Below, one piece after another: positions 8,157-17,719 of a stretch of DNA of 64,000 bases (positions are counted from its first letter, which is position 1; the number at the start of each line of letters is the position of its first letter). The DNA is from a virus (taxonomy: Duplodnaviria > Caudoviricetes). The stretch is from positions 64,001-128,000 of the IMG/VR virus record IMGVR_UViG_3300044852_000015; one strand, given 5' to 3'. The notes under the pieces are model-generated. The model ran no database searches, had not been told where the DNA came from, and saw nothing but the letters and a program-made list of their open reading frames with translations. Made by a program: the position numbers and the translations under genes.

Positions 8157-9770
8157 TTATACAGCAGCCTTGGGGAACTTGATCTTCGCGGTGTGTTTGT
8201 AACCCACAACCTCGATGTCTTCAACCTTGAAGTCAAAGATGTTCTTGACATTTGGGTTGAGACGAATGGTTGGGTGGGAGTCTGGATGGGCATCGTGCTC
8301 CAGCCATTCCAACACACCAGGCCATTGATCTTCGTAGATGTGACAGTCGCCACCCATGTAGGTGAAGGTGTCAGTTGCCATACCTACACACTGAGCGATC
8401 ATGTGAGTCAGCATCGAATACTGAACGATGTTGAAAGGATGACCCAGTGGGATGTCATTGCTGCGCATATAGAGCAGCGAAGACAACTTGCGGGTTGGTA
8501 CGTTCGCTTGCTCCAGCAACTCACGTAACACAGCGTCATTCTGGAATTGTGCTTCATGGCGGCGATCGTCATGTTGCATAGCCAGATTCAACATGTCTTG
8601 GGAGAGGTGCTCAAAGCCAGCAGGCTTGTACGTACCCAACCAAACCAGACGTTCTTTAACAGTCATCGGCTTGGAGAAGAACTGACACAGCGTGTGACAA
8701 GGACGCAGAGCCATTTCGTCCAGCTCAGCAACGTTCCAGGCAGACAGAATAATACCCCGGTCGTCTGGTTTGTCGCGCAGTTGGTCGATAACTTTTTGCA
8801 GTTGGTCGATCTTGCGATGTACCACCACCTTCGGACCCATGTTACCCAGCACTTCGAAACCACGCTCTTTGTAAGCATCGAGTTCTTGGTTATCTTCCAG
8901 TACGCGGGTGTCTTCCCAACCGCGCCACTGATGCTGGTAGATCCGTGGGAGTTCACCAGCAACCAATTCTTTGGGCTCTACACCCAACAGGTCGAGGTAA
9001 CACTGCTGAAGTCCGGCGAGGTCGTAGGTGAGGATCAGGCGCTGTTCTTTACCTTCGTCTAACCCGTATTCACCGATCTCGTAGATCTCGTTACGCAGCG
9101 GTTCACTAACCGTTTCTTCCGCAGTCACGGTTTCGAAGGAAACGTTGTAACCTACACCGAAGTGTGCTACGATCGCATCCTGTATTTCTTTCACGGTGAG
9201 GATGTGATATTCTTCAGTACCAGGCTTCACCCATGAATCCCAGATGTTAACCTTGCGGGCCTTGAGGAAGCGGATGTTGGTATCACCGGAGATCATCCAG
9301 ACCAGTTCGACTTTGACGCCGTAGATCCAGGTGTACTTCGATGACACCGCTGGGACTTGGCCCATGGAGATGTCGTAGGTGTGTTGTACGCCGTTCACAC
9401 CACGGGACTTGATACCAGTGCGAGTGGTATCGTTATCGCCTTCTTCCATGATGCGCAACAACAACTCACGAACGTTGTCATCAACGGTTGGTGGAGTCGG
9501 CTTGACCAAAGTCTTCAGGCAGAATTTCTTGTTACGAGCCAACTGCGCCGAAACCTCTGGGCGGAAGTTGAACGGGATGCGTTGGTTGTCCAATTCGCAC
9601 AACAGGTCACCCACTTGCATTGGGTCGTACTTGTTTGCCAGACCGGCCATGTAGTTACCTTTGAAGGAGAGCAGCTCTACACGTTGGTCGAAGGTGTAGA
9701 AGTTCGACTTGTCATGATCCGCAATCATTTTCTTTGCGGTTTCACGTTGTTGTTGATTTGGAAAGGTCAT
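8157..9770 (-). CDS. thyA: thymidylate synthase with N-terminal extension and large insertions
   Basis: DTTRTG, ELVWMISGDTN, NIWDSW, IILSAWNV, LRPCHTLCQF, YMRSNDIPLGHPFNIVQY, GDCHIY motifs. Confidence 0.95.
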   Translation of the reverse strand: MTFPNQQQRETAKKMIADHDKSNFYTFDQRVELLSFKGNYMAGLANKYDPMQVGDLLCELDNQRIPFNFRPEVSAQLARNKKFCLKTLVKPTPPTVDDNVRELLLRIMEEGDNDTTRTGIKSRGVNGVQHTYDISMGQVPAVSSKYTWIYGVKVELVWMISGDTNIRFLKARKVNIWDSWVKPGTEEYHILTVKEIQDAIVAHFGVGYNVSFETVTAEETVSEPLRNEIYEIGEYGLDEGKEQRLILTYDLAGLQQCYLDLLGVEPKELVAGELPRIYQHQWRGWEDTRVLEDNQELDAYKERGFEVLGNMGPKVVVHRKIDQLQKVIDQLRDKPDDRGIILSAWNVAELDEMALRPCHTLCQFFSKPMTVKERLVWLGTYKPAGFEHLSQDMLNLAMQHDDRRHEAQFQNDAVLRELLEQANVPTRKLSSLLYMRSNDIPLGHPFNIVQYSMLTHMIAQCVGMATDTFTYMGGDCHIYEDQWPGVLEWLEHDAHPDSHPTIRLNPNVKNIFDFKVEDIEVVGYKHTAKIKFPKAAV

Positions 9771-9797
9771 GTGTGTTCTCCTGGGTATCGTTACCCG

Positions 9798-10214
9798 TTA
9801 GATGCAGATGTAAGTGCCGCGATTGTTCATGATCTGGTTGAGTATCGACTGTTTCTGGAGAGCGATGTCTGACTCGTTCTCGTAGATGTAGCAATCTTGT
9901 AAGACATCGAGGAACTGCTCGATGCGACCCAGTTGTTCGGATGGGTGATTGAAGAAACTGATGTGTACCGCCGACTCATGGTCAGGTTCGATCACTGCTT
10001 CTTTCAGTTGAGGGGCGAACACGTTTGTTACGACCACCAGCGTCCCGGTGTTCTTAGCCCGACTAACCCAGCAGACCAGACGCTGAGGTTTCCCGGTTTC
10101 AGGATCAGCCAAACGTACGAACTCACCCAGTGGTGCAACTTGACGGAACCCTTCAACATTCGCCAGCAATTGACGAACGCGGTTTGGAATCAACGTAGCT
10201 TCAACTTTCAACAT
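9798..10214 (-). CDS. hypothetical early protein
   Basis: start moved to MLKVEA, downstream of the early promoter. Confidence 0.7.
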   Translation of the reverse strand: MLKVEATLIPNRVRQLLANVEGFRQVAPLGEFVRLADPETGKPQRLVCWVSRAKNTGTLVVVTNVFAPQLKEAVIEPDHESAVHISFFNHPSEQLGRIEQFLDVLQDCYIYENESDIALQKQSILNQIMNNRGTYICI

Positions 10215-10251
10215 TACATCGACCTTCTTAGGCAAGTTTTTAATGGCATTG

Positions 10252-10278
10252 TTGCAACTAGATGATATACGTTTGAAA
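10252..10278 (-). promoter_or_regulatory. early promoter, variant
   Basis: TTTCAAACGTATATCATCTAGTTGCAA, similar to the 5751 site. Confidence 0.6.
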
Positions 10279-10292
10279 TATCTTTCTATAAG

Positions 10293-10327
10293 GGCATAGA
10301 GCCGTGGGGCTTTCACCCACACGGCTC
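10293..10327 (-). terminator. terminator + CTATGCC
   Basis: gagccgtg/cacggctc stem. Confidence 0.7.
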
Positions 10328-10338
10328 GAACCTTTTAC

Positions 10339-12021
10339 TTACGAAGCCAGGTCGCTCAAACGCGTAGCTTCTTCTTCAGCAGTCGGTTGCACCGAGTCGC
10401 TGATGCGGGTCAGTTCGTCAACTGCAACTTTCATCTGGTCGTCAGTAGTACCGACTTCACGATGCAGTTCAGTCAACACCTTGGTTTCAGCCGAAGGGTC
10501 AATCGGGTTGCCAGTACCTTGCCAGACAGCAGGTTGTTCAATGAAACCCGGACCAGCATCCAGTTGACCGATGATAGCTTTGGCGAACTGATCAACTGGA
10601 GCTTCAGCAGTGTCGATACCGTGAACGCCAACCACGGACTCCTTGTAGGTGTCCGTCAGAAACTTGATGGTCTCCGATGGATTTGGATCTTCCGGGTGGA
10701 TGGTGAAGTACAGCCCACCGTCTTCCCCACGAAACATCCCTTCAACGTTCAGCGGGTCCATCCACTGTTCCAACAGGCCGGCTTTGACTTGTGCCAGTGT
10801 GGCGATTGGGTCTTTGTCGGACGGCAGGACGTGTGCGTGTAGTTCCTTTGGACCTTCCCATGGATGTTCGATGGTATCCTGAATGAACACCAACTCACCG
10901 CGAGCGAACAAGCTAGCGCCTTCCGGCAACACCAGGTCTTCCAGTGCTACACCTTCAGCGCGGTGACGAGAGCGATGTTCGTCAGTAATCTCGCCGATTT
11001 CTGGCAGGTCTTCAGGATCACACATGGCGATACCCGATTCTGCGATTTCGAGTTGATCTTGACGCCAGGTCTGATCGGCATCGGGCTCTTCACCCAAGTA
11101 CAGCTCTTCATCCAGATGTTGCACCGGAGCGGTCTGGCCGCGACCAATGTCGGCTTCCACAGTTTCAGCTTGACCGTTCTCTTCGAGGAACATGGCGTCA
11201 ACCTTCGCCGCCGCTTGTGCTGCTTCGATACGCTCAACGTTGGAACGGATGACCAGCTTCGACCAGTTTTCGAAATCGTACTGGGCGTTGACTTCTGGAA
11301 GTTCCAGATCAGCCGACAGTTCTTCCAGGGTACGGAAGCCGACAGTGATCAGTTCTTCTTCCTTACATTCAACTTCCACGCCAGCAGGCAGGCCGATGGT
11401 GTAGACGATACCGATGTGTTGCAGACCGACTTTGTCGCTGTCATCACGCAGGAAGCCTTCGTGACCGTAGGTGAACATGCCACCGGATTCGCTGTAGTCG
11501 CTGAAGGACATACCGTTAAAGGTTGCTTCTTCGTCCAACTCGGTCACCAGGCAGGCCATCAGGCTTTCAGTGGTGTTGAACGACCAGTCTTCGTGGAAAC
11601 GAATGGACGGCGCTTCTGGGTGGCCACCGAGGGCTACGGAGAACTTCTGACCGAGCAGGTCTTCACCGATCAGCTTGGTGCGCTGGTAAACGAAGAACTC
11701 GAGGCTACCGTCTTCACGCTGACGGAAGATAACGATGTACGGGATCGGGTGACGGAAGTACGGATCGCTTTCCAGACGAGCACGCTGGGCAACCAGAGTA
11801 CCTGGCTTCAGAGCTTCCAGACGCTCACGCAGAACGTCGACGGATGGGTCAGTCATGACCTCGAAGCCTTGGACTGGGAACACTGCTTCAGCGGCGTCAC
11901 GGAAGAAGCCGATGATGTTGGCCAGTTTCGCTTGTTCTTTCTTCGACAACACGGGACCAGCTTCTGCTACTGCTGTAGCCAAACCGACTTCGGATGGGTG
12001 TACGTTGTTTGCTTCGGACAT
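10339..12021 (-). CDS. Nudix-like phosphoesterase domain fused to a long acidic C-terminal region
   Basis: RLESDPYFRHPIPYIV, VYQRTK, SVALGGH, TELDEE, VGLQHIGIV pattern of the predicted NUDIX phosphoesterase family; C-half very Glu/Asp rich. Confidence 0.65.
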   Translation of the reverse strand: MSEANNVHPSEVGLATAVAEAGPVLSKKEQAKLANIIGFFRDAAEAVFPVQGFEVMTDPSVDVLRERLEALKPGTLVAQRARLESDPYFRHPIPYIVIFRQREDGSLEFFVYQRTKLIGEDLLGQKFSVALGGHPEAPSIRFHEDWSFNTTESLMACLVTELDEEATFNGMSFSDYSESGGMFTYGHEGFLRDDSDKVGLQHIGIVYTIGLPAGVEVECKEEELITVGFRTLEELSADLELPEVNAQYDFENWSKLVIRSNVERIEAAQAAAKVDAMFLEENGQAETVEADIGRGQTAPVQHLDEELYLGEEPDADQTWRQDQLEIAESGIAMCDPEDLPEIGEITDEHRSRHRAEGVALEDLVLPEGASLFARGELVFIQDTIEHPWEGPKELHAHVLPSDKDPIATLAQVKAGLLEQWMDPLNVEGMFRGEDGGLYFTIHPEDPNPSETIKFLTDTYKESVVGVHGIDTAEAPVDQFAKAIIGQLDAGPGFIEQPAVWQGTGNPIDPSAETKVLTELHREVGTTDDQMKVAVDELTRISDSVQPTAEEEATRLSDLAS

Positions 12022-12086
12022 TACGGTTCCTCGGGAACAGGGTTAATCACACAAGATCAGTCGATCGTGTCAATATTTACAGAGGG

Positions 12087-12584
12087 TTAGCGACGGTTCT
12101 TACGGGCGTCTGCAACCTTAGCAGCGATACCGTCAAAGAAGCTACTGACTTCGTCATCGGCGATTTCTGGCTGGTATCCGAGAGTCGATTTAGCGTAGTC
12201 GAACACTGTCTCGACGATCTCACGCATTGCTGCCTCAACGTCTTTAGGGAAGCCATCGCGCCATTCAGAAGGGGTGTCCAACGACCACTCCACCGGAAAG
12301 CCCAGTTCGTCGCGATCGTGAACAATGACACTCCAACGATATGGGTAGCCGTCGCCGACACGGAAGAAGAACGCAGTGTTAGTGCCGTCTTTGTCACCGT
12401 AGAAGTTGTACTGACACTCTTGGTCGAAATGCTTAGTGCCTTGGAACGTGATGACCTGTAGGTTCAACGTACCGCACGAGGTTGGTTTGGACCACATCAT
12501 CTCCCGAGGGATCGCACACTTGCGTAGGCGTTCGAGTTGAGTAGCATAGAAGTGCATCGTTGCGCTTGATTCTGAAAAAGCCAT
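12087..12584 (-). CDS. hypothetical protein
   Basis: 165 aa with GGGAG RBS. Confidence 0.75.
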   Translation of the reverse strand: MAFSESSATMHFYATQLERLRKCAIPREMMWSKPTSCGTLNLQVITFQGTKHFDQECQYNFYGDKDGTNTAFFFRVGDGYPYRWSVIVHDRDELGFPVEWSLDTPSEWRDGFPKDVEAAMREIVETVFDYAKSTLGYQPEIADDEVSSFFDGIAAKVADARKNRR

Positions 12585-12597
12585 TTGAATTCTCCCA

Positions 12598-12622
12598 ACA
12601 TAAAGGAGGGCCGAAGCCCTCC
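12598..12622 (-). terminator. terminator + TTTATG
   Basis: ggagggc-cgaa-gccctcc stem after the NAMPT stop. Confidence 0.75.
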
Positions 12623-12635
12623 AGTATGCCGTTAC

Positions 12636-14441
12636 TTAAGCAGCACGCAAACGCGCACGAATCGTTTCGAGGTCAACACGGTTGTGGAACTCACCGTTCT
12701 TGAAGACCGAACGCAGTTCACCAGAACCCAACTCGAGATCAGCGAAGGTCATCTCTTGCTCTTGTGCGAGGATGAAATCACCAGCCTCGTCTTTCACAAC
12801 ACGCAGGAAGCCCTTGGCCGACTTCTTGGCAGTTTCGCCTTCAGTCGCTGGTGCTTTGTACAGGTCGATCAATGTACCACCCACGTCCACAGCAGTAGCC
12901 TTGATGGCCATGCCGAAGGTATCGCGGGTGTTGTACTGGTAAGTGTAGCTACCAATGCCCAGTACCACGTTGCAGGAAGCGAAGTTCTTGCGAGCCAGAC
13001 GGCGCATGATTTCTTCGGTACGCTGAACAGTGATGCTGTCGCCGTAGATCAGACCGATGTGCTCGTCGAGTACACGGTAGTCGTTGTCGTTGACAGTGCC
13101 GCCGAAGATGTCCCACAGAACTTCGATAGCGCCCTTCTCTTCCGCCGACAGGACGTGCGGAGTGATCAGGTAACCAGCAACCCAGTGACCTTCTTCGATG
13201 CCTTCCAGAACACCTGGCTTGCGATCAGCAACCTTGTCAGTGGCCAGATAGAGTTCACCGCCGACAGCGCGGAAGTAAACCTTCTTCGGACGCTCGGTCA
13301 GAACACCTTCATGGTACACGGAGTTGGTCATCTTCACGATAGCTTCTGCTTCCGAGAAGATTTCCACACCACAGATGATCTCAACAGGATCACCCGAGTC
13401 AGGACGCACGACCACTTTGTTCAGGCCGGTGCTGTCTTTGGTACGCGCCATGATCTCTGGTTTCAGATCAGGCAGTACGTCAGTCAGGACACCCCAGAAG
13501 TTGAAGGAGTCACACACCAACGAGCAACCGCCGTCTGGGTAGACTTCGGTGATCAGTCGACGGATGAACTGCTTCTCGCCTTCCAAGCGGAGAGCTTTGA
13601 ACTCGGCTTCAGTCAGATCAGGCAACCCGTCAGCACGGCGCTGGTGAATCATGCGGTGCAGGTTCGACAGGATGTTCGCAGTTGCCACGGCGTGTTCGGT
13701 AGCCGGAATCGTGCAGGCCACGAATTCGGTTTCGACGTTGGCACCGTAGTAGTCTTCGACATAGTCGATCGCTGTGATGGTGTCAGTGCCGCAGAAACTG
13801 GTCAAGTGAGCCGAGTTCGAACGACAACCGTCTTCAGGACCACCCACGCCACGGTAGGCGAAGTCGTGACCTTGGACAGCCACGAAGTCAGCCGGCGAAC
13901 CAGTCAGCTTGGCCCAGTGTTCCAGGACGCGACGATACTCGTAAGCGATGGTGGCGTTCGTGACCATTTTCCAGATCAGGTTCGACATCGACGTTTCGAG
14001 GTAGTTCGTGAACCAGAAGAAATCCGGGTTGGTGTTGTAGATCACGTACAGCGGCACGTTCATGTTGACACGTGAACCTTCTGGTAGCGCCAGCACTTGG
14101 ATCGGCAGGTAGCCCAGGTCGTGGAGTGCTTCCATGCCGTCGGTAGGAACTTTACCAACACCCATGTAGTTGTCCATACGACGCTTGTAACGACGGATCA
14201 CCGCTTCTTTAGGCTGGGAGAAGAACGACTTGTCCCACAGCTCTTTCAGTTCTTGCAGGATACCTTGCAGACCGAACCAGGCCACCTTGTGGTCCCAGAA
14301 CTTGGACGCCGACACCGACTTCAGGAACAGACGGTCAGCACGAGCCGTCAGGTTGCCGTAGGTGAAGTGGGTGTTCAGAGGGAACATTGGACGGTGGCCA
14401 ATTTTGTAACCATCGGCAATGTGCGGTGCGAACAGGTTCAT
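12636..14441 (-). CDS. nadV: nicotinamide phosphoribosyltransferase family; probable Namat of the NARP1 NAD+ reconstitution pathway
   Basis: ADGYKIGH, HDFAYRG, GTDTI, IPATEH, SLVCDS, VVRPDSGDP, LIYGDSIT, GIGSYTYQ...RDTFG.A.KAT, KKSAKG motifs; ATGA-coupled to the prs-like gene. Confidence 0.92.
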   Translation of the reverse strand: MNLFAPHIADGYKIGHRPMFPLNTHFTYGNLTARADRLFLKSVSASKFWDHKVAWFGLQGILQELKELWDKSFFSQPKEAVIRRYKRRMDNYMGVGKVPTDGMEALHDLGYLPIQVLALPEGSRVNMNVPLYVIYNTNPDFFWFTNYLETSMSNLIWKMVTNATIAYEYRRVLEHWAKLTGSPADFVAVQGHDFAYRGVGGPEDGCRSNSAHLTSFCGTDTITAIDYVEDYYGANVETEFVACTIPATEHAVATANILSNLHRMIHQRRADGLPDLTEAEFKALRLEGEKQFIRRLITEVYPDGGCSLVCDSFNFWGVLTDVLPDLKPEIMARTKDSTGLNKVVVRPDSGDPVEIICGVEIFSEAEAIVKMTNSVYHEGVLTERPKKVYFRAVGGELYLATDKVADRKPGVLEGIEEGHWVAGYLITPHVLSAEEKGAIEVLWDIFGGTVNDNDYRVLDEHIGLIYGDSITVQRTEEIMRRLARKNFASCNVVLGIGSYTYQYNTRDTFGMAIKATAVDVGGTLIDLYKAPATEGETAKKSAKGFLRVVKDEAGDFILAQEQEMTFADLELGSGELRSVFKNGEFHNRVDLETIRARLRAA

Positions 14442-15367
14442 GCAAAAATTCCTTGTACGGAGTGCCAGTAGATTGCTTGATCAGTAACGCCATCTGGGCG
14501 CTGACTGTATTGCGCTTCAGGGTGCCACGAGTTGGTGGTCTCGATGCGGCTGTAGTATTGCTTCAGCTCAGCGTACCCTTTGGTGAACAGACCGTGAGTC
14601 ACCCACAGTTCCAGCTCGTAAGCCGGTTTAGCAGTTGGGAGATCACCTTCACCGAGAATTGGAGTCAGCTTCTCACGCAGAGCCTTCGCCAATTCTACAA
14701 AGGTGTAGCCGCCGTCACAGATGTCGTCGACGACCAACCAGTTCATACCGGGACGGACTTCGAAGTTGATGTCCACACGAGTACCGGTGATCTTGCCGGT
14801 CGCAGTGTCACGGTCTTTAAAGCCGCAGACCACGTGAGGGCAACCAACCATACGAGCCAGCTCGAGGGTCTTCTTCATAGCGCCAGCATCGGGAGCGATG
14901 AGGACGGTGTTGGTCCACGCACCAGTGTTGGCTTCGTTACGACGAGTCATGGCCTTGGCAACGACTTGCGGCAACGAGACGTGACGAACACGATCCAACA
15001 GAGCCAGACCGGTGTCACTGTGAACGTCCAGCACCGACACGGTAGCGTACTGCTGGGAGTTGATCAGGTCACAGAACGGCTTGATGGTCAGCGACTCACC
15101 AGGACGCGGTACACGGTCTTGACGAGCGTACGGTAAGTACGGCATCCACAAGTGAATCTGGATGGCTGGATTCAGGCGACGGATGGCATCAGTCACCATC
15201 AACAGGTCCATGATGTCCGTACCGTTCTTGAGGTGAGCGGTCAGGTTGACAGCCGACCATGTAGCAACGGCTGGGTCGACGTATGGGTGCACTTCACCAC
15301 CCGGCAACACTTTGGAATCAGCAGGAAACGATACAGACGTGTTCCCACGGTTGGTAATCAAAATCAT
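14438..15367 (-). CDS. prs: ribose-phosphate pyrophosphokinase family; probable Adps (ADPR-PP synthetase) of NARP1
   Basis: PGGE, MPYLPYARQDR, DVHS, APDAGA, VVDDICDGGYTF, VTHGLF motifs. Confidence 0.9.
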   Translation of the reverse strand: MILITNRGNTSVSFPADSKVLPGGEVHPYVDPAVATWSAVNLTAHLKNGTDIMDLLMVTDAIRRLNPAIQIHLWMPYLPYARQDRVPRPGESLTIKPFCDLINSQQYATVSVLDVHSDTGLALLDRVRHVSLPQVVAKAMTRRNEANTGAWTNTVLIAPDAGAMKKTLELARMVGCPHVVCGFKDRDTATGKITGTRVDINFEVRPGMNWLVVDDICDGGYTFVELAKALREKLTPILGEGDLPTAKPAYELELWVTHGLFTKGYAELKQYYSRIETTNSWHPEAQYSQRPDGVTDQAIYWHSVQGIFA

Positions 15368-15426
15368 TGTGGCTTCCTTTCTTTTTTACAAACGGGTTAC
15401 TCTCACATGATCTTGGCTGTATGTAG

Positions 15427-15452
15427 AAAAAAAAACAAGGGGCCGAAGCCCC
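15427..15452 (-). terminator. intrinsic terminator
   Basis: ggggc-cgaa-gcccc followed by a T9 tract. Confidence 0.7.
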
Positions 15453-15460
15453 GAGTTTAA

Positions 15461-15817
15461 TTAAGGATCTGGTGAACTACCCAGAGTCTGTTTCTCCCAG
15501 TTGATCATGGCAACATGTTCCCAGTTCTGCTCAGGAAAGAACTTGTCGCCTAACGACCCACATTGTGCGATACCCTCTACGGATAACGTCTCCCCACGGC
15601 CAGTTGCGTAGTCGATGCAATCCAACACCCACTGACGTCTGCGATCGTCATTCCGCAATTTCAGTTCGCTAGGTGAAGTGTCCTGAGCACGAGTCGCCTC
15701 TACTCGAGCCTCGTAAGCCGAACGTACGCCCACAATGCAAGCCACCACCAACACCATTAACATCAGCAACCCAAAGTGTTTACTGATGAAGTCACCGACT
15801 GCTCTTACTGGTCGCAT
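15461..15817 (-). CDS. membrane-anchored hypothetical protein
   Basis: FGLLMLMVLVVACIVGV transmembrane segment. Confidence 0.7.
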   Translation of the reverse strand: MRPVRAVGDFISKHFGLLMLMVLVVACIVGVRSAYEARVEATRAQDTSPSELKLRNDDRRRQWVLDCIDYATGRGETLSVEGIAQCGSLGDKFFPEQNWEHVAMINWEKQTLGSSPDP

Positions 15818-16851
15818 AGTTCTACATCCAACGAACGACGGTTAAGGATGGTGGTGATTGGAGTGTAGTCAGGATCGAAAGTTACTTCGACACTGATCGA
15901 CTCGTTCTCAACCAGCGGCACCTGTACCAACAACGCTTGGTAAACTTGTGGAACCTGATTCCACTCGAGGTCACCACTTGACACACCGAGTACGCACTGC
16001 ATCTCCCGAGAGAACGAAATGCAATAACCACATGGCTGCCATGCGATAGGCTTGAGGGTAATGACTCCGTCCACAAAGCGCACACCGTCTTCCTCTTGCA
16101 CCATGAGGAATTCGTGGAGACGCACTTCAATGTTTTCACGGTAGTCTTTGTCCGACAATTCCACACCACGGAACAGACCCGGTTTGTACTCACGGTCTTT
16201 CAAGTGAGTAGCGGTGGTGTAGTACTGATCCCAGAATGTCCCGTACTGGAAGTTCCAGTGTACCTGACAGTAGGGGGCGAGTTGTGCGTCTTGCTTCAAC
16301 ATCGGCAGTTGTTCCAGGGTGCTGCTGATAGCGAAGTTACGGAACAGCATGGACGGCACGCTGTACTCCAGACTCACGTTGCCGGTGTCGTTGGCTTGAC
16401 TGATGATCACTTGTCGCTTCAAGCACAGTAGTTTCAGATAACCACACGACACCGCGACCGTCGTGTACGGCATGTCGTGGTAGCCTTGGGAGTCATCACC
16501 AGCACGTCGTTTATTGACGTAGCGGACATACTCCGTGAACGCATGGTTCTGAACCCACAGGGGCTTCACGCAACTGTGGGAGATTGGTTCCACCTTCACC
16601 AAGTCCCAGTGATACGCAAGCCCAGCCCGTGGGTCGATTAGCCGTTTCATGCTAGCCACGGGACCACAGCCGATCAGCAAGGCTTCAAGGAAACGTCGGC
16701 GCTGGTCGGTGAAGAACATTCCAGCGTGAGTTCCGAGCATCCCCACCGACTGTGACACTTGAGGGACAGCCATGCACTGACTGGCCGACGCTTGGATACC
16801 AGAGAGCAGTTTGTTGACACTTTCTTCAAGAGCAGGATCGAACGGATTCAT
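15805..16851 (-). CDS. hypothetical protein
   Basis: 348 aa ORF in operon. Confidence 0.75.
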   Translation of the reverse strand: MNPFDPALEESVNKLLSGIQASASQCMAVPQVSQSVGMLGTHAGMFFTDQRRRFLEALLIGCGPVASMKRLIDPRAGLAYHWDLVKVEPISHSCVKPLWVQNHAFTEYVRYVNKRRAGDDSQGYHDMPYTTVAVSCGYLKLLCLKRQVIISQANDTGNVSLEYSVPSMLFRNFAISSTLEQLPMLKQDAQLAPYCQVHWNFQYGTFWDQYYTTATHLKDREYKPGLFRGVELSDKDYRENIEVRLHEFLMVQEEDGVRFVDGVITLKPIAWQPCGYCISFSREMQCVLGVSSGDLEWNQVPQVYQALLVQVPLVENESISVEVTFDPDYTPITTILNRRSLDVELCDQ

Positions 16852-17017
16852 GTACGAACATCCAGTAGTTGCCAGTGATTGTGATTAGGATCAAACACGG
16901 AATGCAGAACCAACCCCACTTAGGGTTAGCCCAGGTGTCAATAGACTTGAGCACACAGACGGCTAACCCGAGACAGCAGATGATGAACAGGGTCGCTGCT
17001 ATACGCTCCTCTAGCAT
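16826..17017 (-). CDS. small two-TM membrane protein
   Basis: two hydrophobic stretches in 63 aa. Confidence 0.6.
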   Translation of the reverse strand: MLEERIAATLFIICCLGLAVCVLKSIDTWANPKWGWFCIPCLILITITGNYWMFVHESVRSCS

Positions 17018-17691
17018 TCGACCACCGGCGAGTCACAGGTGTAGCAGTGTTCGCCGAGGTTCACGTTACCTTTGAGGTCACCCGCCACACAGGAAGGTTC
17101 AGGACGTGGTTCACCACCGAGGCAGTCAGACATGAACTGAGTTGCCTCAGCTATAGTAGACGTACCGCGAGGACCGATGTCAGACATAGCGTCTCGTTGT
17201 GGGGACTGAACCACGGTGATCAAGTCTTGACGATAACGCGTGTCGTAGTCAGCCTCACCCGGTAGCACGTTCGCCATGTCTGGGTAGCAGACCTGAGCAA
17301 CTTGTAGTCCCTTGCCAGCGCGTTGCTTCAGTTCCACGCAGTACTTGGTGACCGCTTCTTCACCGTGAAGCAAACGAACCAGAGAGCGCATCTCCTTACC
17401 GGGTTCAGTCGACTTCACGATGTCAGTACGCACTTCGTAAGAGGCTACCTTTTCACGCAGCCAAGCATTGGCCTGGTTCTTGAGGATCGCACCCATGACG
17501 CTGTTGGGGATTGGTCCGCAGATAAACAACTCTGGGAGTCCCTTGTGCGACAGACCGACGGTGTACGAGTAGTTCACCGGGTTAGCACCAAACACCGGTG
17601 GCGGGTTGACCGACAGGATGGCGAAACCATTATTGGCGATCGAACGCTTGATGTGACGTTTGAGTTGTTTGCGGTTGTCAGCAGTTTTCAT
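17011..17691 (-). CDS. DUF4262-family protein
   Basis: I..NGFAILSV...YSYTVGL...GLPEL...QV.YPD....LPGE..YD pattern. Confidence 0.7.
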   Translation of the reverse strand: MKTADNRKQLKRHIKRSIANNGFAILSVNPPPVFGANPVNYSYTVGLSHKGLPELFICGPIPNSVMGAILKNQANAWLREKVASYEVRTDIVKSTEPGKEMRSLVRLLHGEEAVTKYCVELKQRAGKGLQVAQVCYPDMANVLPGEADYDTRYRQDLITVVQSPQRDAMSDIGPRGTSTIAEATQFMSDCLGGEPRPEPSCVAGDLKGNVNLGEHCYTCDSPVVEC

Positions 17692-17719
17692 TTTAAGCTC
17701 CTCAGCTTACTCAGATTGT

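Noticed and set aside
8157-9770. Intein/intron in thyA, or a dCMP hydroxymethylase
   Set aside because: The frame is continuous; no C/S...HN splice motifs or LAGLIDADG/HNH motifs; the dUMP-specific Asn is retained
12585-14075. 496 aa plus-strand ORF (and similar long antisense ORFs at 10864-12090, 24487-25527, 47102-48262, 48841-50181, 56345-57574)
   Set aside because: Shadows of genuine genes with biased codon usage; no RBS, no motifs, fully overlapping recognisable genes
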